Made by a program: the position numbers and the translations under genes. Shown piece after piece: positions 34,515 to 40,701 of a stretch of 40,701 bases of DNA. The notes beneath the pieces were generated by a model. The model worked only from the letters and a program-made list of their open reading frames with translations. It did not search any database and was not told where the DNA came from. This DNA is from Catajapyx aquilonaris. Lineage: Eukaryota. The DNA is taken from contig KZ538911.1 in assembly GCA_000934665.2 (NCBI GenBank), positions 1 to 40,701 of the forward strand, read 5' to 3'. Within the stretch, counting starts at the first letter, position 1, and every line of letters starts with the position of its first letter.

Positions 34515-37500
34515 GGTTTTTTTTTCGCTTTGTTTCTCACCGAAAAGTTAAAGGCCAGAACCAGCTGGCCACTTATGTTGCGAATAATATAAAATATCCA
34601 CCAGGGAGTGTCCCACCAAACAGTCCAACCAGCCTGCGTCCGTCTCTATGTCTGATGGCTGGAGACGTCGTTACCTTAGATTCCCCCCTCTCTATACCTA
34701 CTCCCCCAACCAGCAAACTCGTTACGTCACAAGGGTTTCGCGTGCGAGGAACCAACCCCCCATCCAATCCACCCACCCACCCACCTATACAAAACTGTCT
34801 AATGCCAATATCTACAGTATAAGTCAAGCTGATTTCCCTGGGAATGTCGTTGTCCAAAAATGAATCATTACGCCCATTTCACCAATGTTGCCAATTAATA
34901 TCCAATTGCACGAGTTGGTCCATCACGACTGACGATGATTAATATGAATGGCCATAATGTTGGTAAAAATATGCGTTACATTGTCAACATCGAGATGTTT
35001 ACTAAACAATGATGGATGTTACAGGTTGGTACGACTCATCACACTCAAGCACTTTTTGAAAATCCCATTAGGTTGTAAGAACTAATGAGCGTTTTGTTGG
35101 TCGTGTTATTAAATCATTACAGGGAGGCGTATCCCGATTGAGCATCTGTTAAGCAATGGCTTAAGTTCACACGTAATTGCTGTCAGAAGAGGTCACCAGT
35201 TAAAAGGAGGAGGGCCCAATTGCTGACACTTTATCAACAAGAAGGACAGCACAGAGCACTCAGCGCGGACCTATGAAAGCTCAGTAAACTCGTCGAAATA
35301 TGATCAATTGATGGCATTTTGATTAATAATGGCATTAATAATAACGATTCATTTCTTACAGTGACAATGATCGATAATTATCATCATCATTTTGTGTTGT
35401 TTTATTGCCCTTCTTATCAGGTACACTTTCAAAAACGAAACAATTTCTTCATCATATACATAAGTTGCTTTGAAGGATATTTACTGTGCAAAGCCTATTT
35501 TGAATGTAGTTATATTTTTTCTCGACTTGGGTTGCACTTTTCGAAAGAAAAAAAGAGACAAATTATAAATATTTTATTTATTGATTGATTGACTTATTAT
35601 GAAGCCCCTTTCGAGGGCATAACCCTTTTTGGCGGAGACAAATTAAAAATATGCATGGACATTTTCCTATTGCCGCAGTCTTCCCTGCATTTGTAAAAAA
35701 AATATATATATATATAAATATTTTGCAAACTGTTACATAAAGATCATTGTGTAACCACATTAAAAGGTGCAGGATGATTCAATTTTGTCACGTATTATAC
35801 CTTTGTTTGTCCACAATTTTCGTTTTATGATTCTTAAAAGAAGTTCTGACTGCTATGCAATGGGCTCTACATCTGAACATTATGTACGCGCATAACCAGG
35901 CTAACTGTGCATTGAGTAACTAGCATCGATGAAATTAATCAAGTGCCTGAAAACTCTTCAGAAGTCAAGCACAGAATATGTGCTTCATAAAGCCACATCT
36001 TCCGTAGTTCTACTGGGTTGTAAGTGCATCATAAGCATTTTGCAGTCTCACAGAACCAAAGAGTTTAACTAGCCTTATCTTTGCAAACACTATTTTGTGT
36101 TTGCATAGTAAAACCTGACTGTCATAAATACCAAGACATGTGAATAAATAAGGCTAATTACATATGTTCCTTTGCAGTACTGTTATAAAATGGGAACAGT
36201 ATTTCTCAAGGGGTGTACGAACCGTATATGAATATTAAGAAATGCTATCCGTAACTGGAGGCAGTGGAAAATGTCAGCAAGATATTATCACATTGTCGAT
36301 ATCATCATTCCAACTTTTGGGTCACAACTTGGTCGGCAACATAGTCACTATTAATTTCACAACAATTGCAGCCACTTTAATTAAATTGTTAAATTTCCAT
36401 TATGACATTTTCCACTGTCTACACATTACAAATTTGTCTCCCCTGTAACATACGGTACTTTATTAGCACCACAGGTACCGGTACATGAAAACTCCAGAAT
36501 CAATTATCTTGACTCTCGGGACAAGGGTTTTAAACTTTTGTGATCTCTTCAATGCTACTAAACCTGATCTTGTAGCCATTGTAATAATGTGTACCTAGTA
36601 CTTACCAATGGTAGAGAGCACATGATGTGAAAAATGTGAAACTTCATTATCCGAGTCGAATCCACTTCAAGCAATGCAAACAACCAATGCTGTTGCTTAT
36701 GCATTATGTGGGCGTATGAATTTATTTAATTATTATCCACTTCAGTACCTGAAAATGTACACATCTTGTCAGTTGTCAATTTCACCAGTTTCAATATAAT
36801 TAACTCTTTGGCTATCTATGAGAATGCACTCTAATATATTTCAGCCTTTGATTCACTTCTAAAATATTTTAAATCATGTGTAAATAATTATATGATTTTC
36901 TCTAATTGTAAGTTAAAGTGACATAATAAATCTAAGTTAAAGTGACCATAATTTTTCTACCTAGACTCCCCCAAAAAATTCAAGAAACTAATAGGACACT
37001 TGCTTTTTCACACAAGAGAAGTCTTTAAAAAGATATTCAAGTCTTCCCATGCATTTCGTACCAGCTTCTCCATCAAAATGTTGAAGTTAATCAAGTGCTG
37101 GACCACTCTAACAGGCGACACACACTCTAGAACTAATCAGGGGCCGCCCCGGGGCCACAAAAAGGCGCACGTGAAATTAATGTGAACCGGTCAAATTTCG
37201 GATGCGCCCGACTGACATTAGTGACGTAATAGGAAGAAAAAAAATGGCGCGAACAATTTAGACAACCCCCCCCACTCGGCACTAACTCTTTATCTAAAAG
37301 CAAAGAATTGCGTTTGTTGCCTCTACAAACTTCATATAATTTTTACGAGTTATTAAGCACACATTATTGAATAAAACGTTTGCTTAATAAGCCGAGAAGT
37401 TGTTGCCGCCCAGATGGGAGTCTCTTGTGGAAGATGGGTGCGTTCAAAAGTTGATGGTTGTAATATTAATTTTCATTAATTAATTAATTAATATTAGTGT

Positions 37501-37643
37501 CGTCGCTCATAGCTGATTTTGCAGTTAATTTAAAAAGCAATTCAATTATTTTAAGTCGGAACTTATTAAAAATGGGCACAGTAGGCTATATAATATTATT
37601 TTATGGCCATTCGATGTGCAATTATGTCCTACTTAATCATATT

Positions 37644-37870
37644 CAGAGCTGGGCAAGCTAACCGGAATTTATTAGCTCAGCTAACTTCCGCTAACAGCTA
37701 ATTCGGTTAGTAATCCATGGGCGGCGCTAAATTGCTAATGATAAACAGCTATAGAATGATTAGGGGGGTTTCCACTAACCTTTCTAGCTGTTAAGAATTA
37801 ACGATTTGGTGATGTCCATGGTTTTCTGAGCAAGTTAGCTGTTATCGAAAGTTAGCTGTGCCCACCTCTG
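37644..37870. mobile_element. hAT-type MITE
   Basis: TIRs CAGAGCTGGGCA / TGCCCACCTCTG; 8-bp TSD atcatatt / atcatatg; subterminal GCTAAC / GTTAGC repeats. Confidence 0.8.
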
Positions 37871-38101
37871 ATCATATGTAATGGTGATAAGCACATTCAG
37901 CAAATTCATACAGTATTAATGGAATTCACATTAAAATACGTATTTGAATCTATATTTCCGAATAGTCTTGAAGTTCGGCAGCCTTTTGAATTATTATTAC
38001 CCAAAATTTGCATCGTTTGCAATGCCGAGTTTTTCAGAGTGATTTATCTTCATTCATTCATCATATCCATTCATTCATTTATCGTGATATTTTCCATATA
38101 A

Positions 38102-38226
38102 GGGCCGGTTTCACCGAGCTCAGTATATGATAAAACCAGGGTATTTCTCAAAATCCCTATCTATTTGTATGGATTTTCCTAAAGAAACCTGGTTTTATCA
38201 TATACCAAGCTCGGTGCAACCGGCCC
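38102..38226. mobile_element. PIF/Harbinger-type MITE
   Basis: TAA|GGGCCGGTT..ccgagct..gtatatgataaaaccagg / cctggttttatcatatac..agctcgg..AACCGGCCC|TAA. Confidence 0.85.
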
Positions 38227-38867
38227 TAAATGGGTAGTCAGCGATGACGGAGACTCGAGTTAATCCATTTGAATGGGGTCCTAGCCTTGGTCTGGGATTT
38301 GGGTAATTTGTACACGACGAATAGCTCAACCGTACATATATGTATAAACATGCATTCCGAAACTTTTTGGCACCCGAATGTCATTACTCGATAAATATTA
38401 TTATCGGGGGGTTTAAAATTCACTCTGAAATTGGCTGGTGTAAGGGACGTGTTTCTTCAAACAAAAAAACACCAAAATTCATTTAAAAATAAGGAGGTTT
38501 TTTTAAAACACAGGTTTGCAAAATGTAGGATAGGATCCCATTCAATAATATGTCTTCATTGTGTAATATATCATAAATTAATTACGGCGAACAGCGCTGA
38601 ATGCGGCCGCATTTGACCAAAGGACAACAATTTCTCAATAATTAATCACTCACTGCAGTAGCAATAATGACCAATATAATTTAATCCTTGCACCCTGCCA
38701 TTTACTGAGTTTAACTCGTTACCTACAGTACATTATACGATCATAGAGTTATGTAGATTCAGTGACATATTATTTAAATTTCTTATTTAATATTAATTTT
38801 CATATTATTATATTTTATTTTAGTTTTATAATGATTTTATGTTCATATTTATTTATTATTGTATTTT

Positions 38868-38961
38868 TATTCATTGTTTTATATTGCTTATACTGTATTT
38901 ATTCATTGTTTTATATTGTTTATACTGTATTTATTCATTGTTTTATATTGTTTATACTGTA
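38868..38961. repeat. 32-bp AT-rich tandem repeat, about 3 copies
   Basis: tattcattgttttatattg(c/t)ttatactgta starts at 38868, 38900 and 38932. Confidence 0.85.
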
Positions 38962-39074
38962 CTTTTATTTTTATTTTCAGTTTTGTTTCGTATTTACAGT
39001 ATTTCTTATTAGTTTATTCTATTTATTATTATGCATTTATTCTATTCATTATTTACTGTATATTTATATTAATA

Positions 39075-39417
39075 GGGGAGACGGAGTGGCGCCGCGGTAA
39101 CGTGCGCGCCCACGGATGTTAAGGTCCCGGGTTCGATCCCAGCCCGGGGACACCCCCTTCATCTCGTGCAGAGGTCGGTCACCTCTGGCTTCGTCTCGGG
39201 TGGTATTTCCTACAGACTAAACCACTCGGGGGAGCTCACTAAAATGGCCACACGTCAGATGCACTGCACTTGCACATCCCCTCCTGTCATCCTGCCCGTG
39301 GGCCCGGGCGTTACGTATAAAGGCTCCAATGTACACAACAAATAAAGGTCCATGCGATAAACCCAGATAGGGTGAAAGCATTACCCAACCAATTATTATT
39401 ATTAAATTATTATCAAT
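39075..39417 (+). mobile_element. tRNA-derived SINE with (ATT)n tail
   Basis: A box TGGCGCCGCGG, B box GGTTCGATCCC; candidate TSD tatatttatattaat at 39059-73 and 39418-32. Confidence 0.8.
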
Positions 39418-39467
39418 TATATTTATATTAATTAATAAATATGACTGCAATTCATTTTATGCATTTA

Positions 39468-39528
39468 CTAGGAAAACCCTCGCTCCGCTCGCCTTTTCCT
39501 AGGACGCAGGCCTAGAAAACTACTCGCG
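39468..39528 (-). mobile_element. Truncated copy of the Helitron-end-like element
   Basis: ctaggaaaaccctcgctccgctcg..ttttcctagg, same terminus as the 40468 copy. Confidence 0.6.
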
Positions 39529-40029
39529 CGGTGTAGGACATGTTCTTAATGATGCTCACCCAACAATTATCCTCATCATACCCTCCCCCCTCTCTCCCCC
39601 CCCTCCTTACATTAAACCTTTGACGGCTAAGTACATCATAATATTATTATGATGTCCTGAGGGTTTTTGAATTTGGTGCGCGAGGATGTGCATAGAGAAG
39701 ACGAACTTTTCAGTGCCAAACCCGGTTCAATATGCTCCTGCCATCTCTGGGACGGTGACTCAACTACCATGGCAACTCCAGATCCCCCCCCCCCTCCCCC
39801 CTGTTCCCGCCAAGTCGAGTCGTATATGCCAAGGTCACGTTGCTCCCACGTGATCGCTTATGTAAACATGTTCCCTCAGTACAGGGTGCCCGTAAAGTAT
39901 GGACTCTGGGAAGTTTTTTTTAAAAGTTACCCCGTGATAAGGCGGAGCCTTTTTAGGGGGGTGGAATACCACCATTTCACTTCATTTTTCTAGATTTTAA
40001 CTTCAATATCCAGTGCAAGGAGTCAAGGA

Positions 40030-40257
40030 TGTAGGGTAGGGGTAGGGATTTTTGGGGAGGGAACATAGGTGCAAGTGCAAGATCTGTAAAGGGGTCATGT
40101 TCTGTTCCCCAGGAGGTTAGGTTGCCAGACACCTCCTTGGTGCAGGTCAGAGACCCTCCTGACGCAGGTGAAAGGGAACTCCCCAGGCAGGGATCGAATC
40201 TGGGGCCTTTCACTCAGCAAGCCGAGACGTTACCATCTCGGACATCTACACCTCCCC
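40030..40257 (-). mobile_element. Degenerate tRNA-derived SINE
   Basis: Head ggggagg..tgtccgagatggtaacg..gattcgatccc; body shares gcaacct(a/g)acc and gcacttgcacc with the 17.4-kb SINE. Confidence 0.65.
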
Positions 40258-40467
40258 GAGCCTTGGGAGTTTATCAAAGTACAGTGTTGTGGTAATATTA
40301 TGTAACCATAAGAACAATGTACCATAGTCACTGAGTAAACTTGTGAGGCCTATCGACTTTCTGAGAGCCGGACGATTCTGAAAAGTTTATTATGCGGGAC
40401 ACCCAGTATATGAATTTTTCTCCGGCATTTTACAATCAAAAGGACCGCCACGAATTTAAATGATTAA

Positions 40468-40562
40468 CTAGGAAAACCCTCGCTCCGCTCGTATTTTCCT
40501 AGGGCGCTGGCCTAGAAAACCGCTCGCTTCGCTCGCTCTTTTCTAGGCCTGCGGCCTACAGT
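40468..40562 (-). mobile_element. Short non-autonomous Helitron-end-like element, inverted relative to 2-96
   Basis: Direct sequence comparison shows 2 mismatches in 95 bp. Confidence 0.6.
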
Positions 40563-40701
40563 ACCGGTACCCACCACATTTTCAATCTCTTCGGACTTAT
40601 TGCTAGTGATGATGCCAATCATATCCACATCCCCCACTCTCACCCGTTCCTCCATGCATTCACATATCCGTGATTCCCTATCCTGCGACCAATCTGCAAT
40701 C

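Noticed and set aside
38762..39122. Hydrophobic ORFs in the track
   Set aside because: Translation of a T-rich 32-bp tandem repeat and low-complexity DNA.
39468..40468. Exactly 1000-bp spacing between two repeat copies
   Set aside because: The intervening sequences are unrelated; numerical coincidence.

Overview
Metazoan (invertebrate-looking) genomic DNA with short AT-rich introns, long A/G/C homopolymers and small N gaps. The main content is two minus-strand, head-to-tail Bicaudal-C family genes. (1) A complete canonical BicC with 16 coding exons, 34514->26595, about 836 aa: KH/KH-like region, Ser/Pro-rich linker, C-terminal SAM. All exon phases were checked by hand. (2) Immediately downstream, an intact but very divergent paralog, 23945->22237, about 319 aa. 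It keeps the KH2-KHL1-KH3-KHL2 block and shared intron positions, but lacks KH1, the linker and SAM. If spliced at its strongest sites it ends in ...YLSPKKSCSLL*, a CaaL prenylation-type motif, making it a candidate membrane-anchored BicC-type RNA-binding protein. This is the most unusual signal in the window. The canonical 3' UTR carries clustered miR-124 seed sites and an extended miR-7 site. Bases 1-21000 contain no recognisable coding exons; they look like intronic/regulatory DNA behind a promoter-like block at about 20.9-21.3 kb. Repeats: tRNA-headed SINEs (several with TSDs, one V-SINE-like), MITEs of Tc1/mariner, hAT and Harbinger type, RTE-5'UTR-like fragments, and a Helitron-end-like element present as 95-bp inverted copies at both ends of the window. 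Gene models come from splice consensus, frame continuity and remembered family motifs, not from transcript data or database searches.
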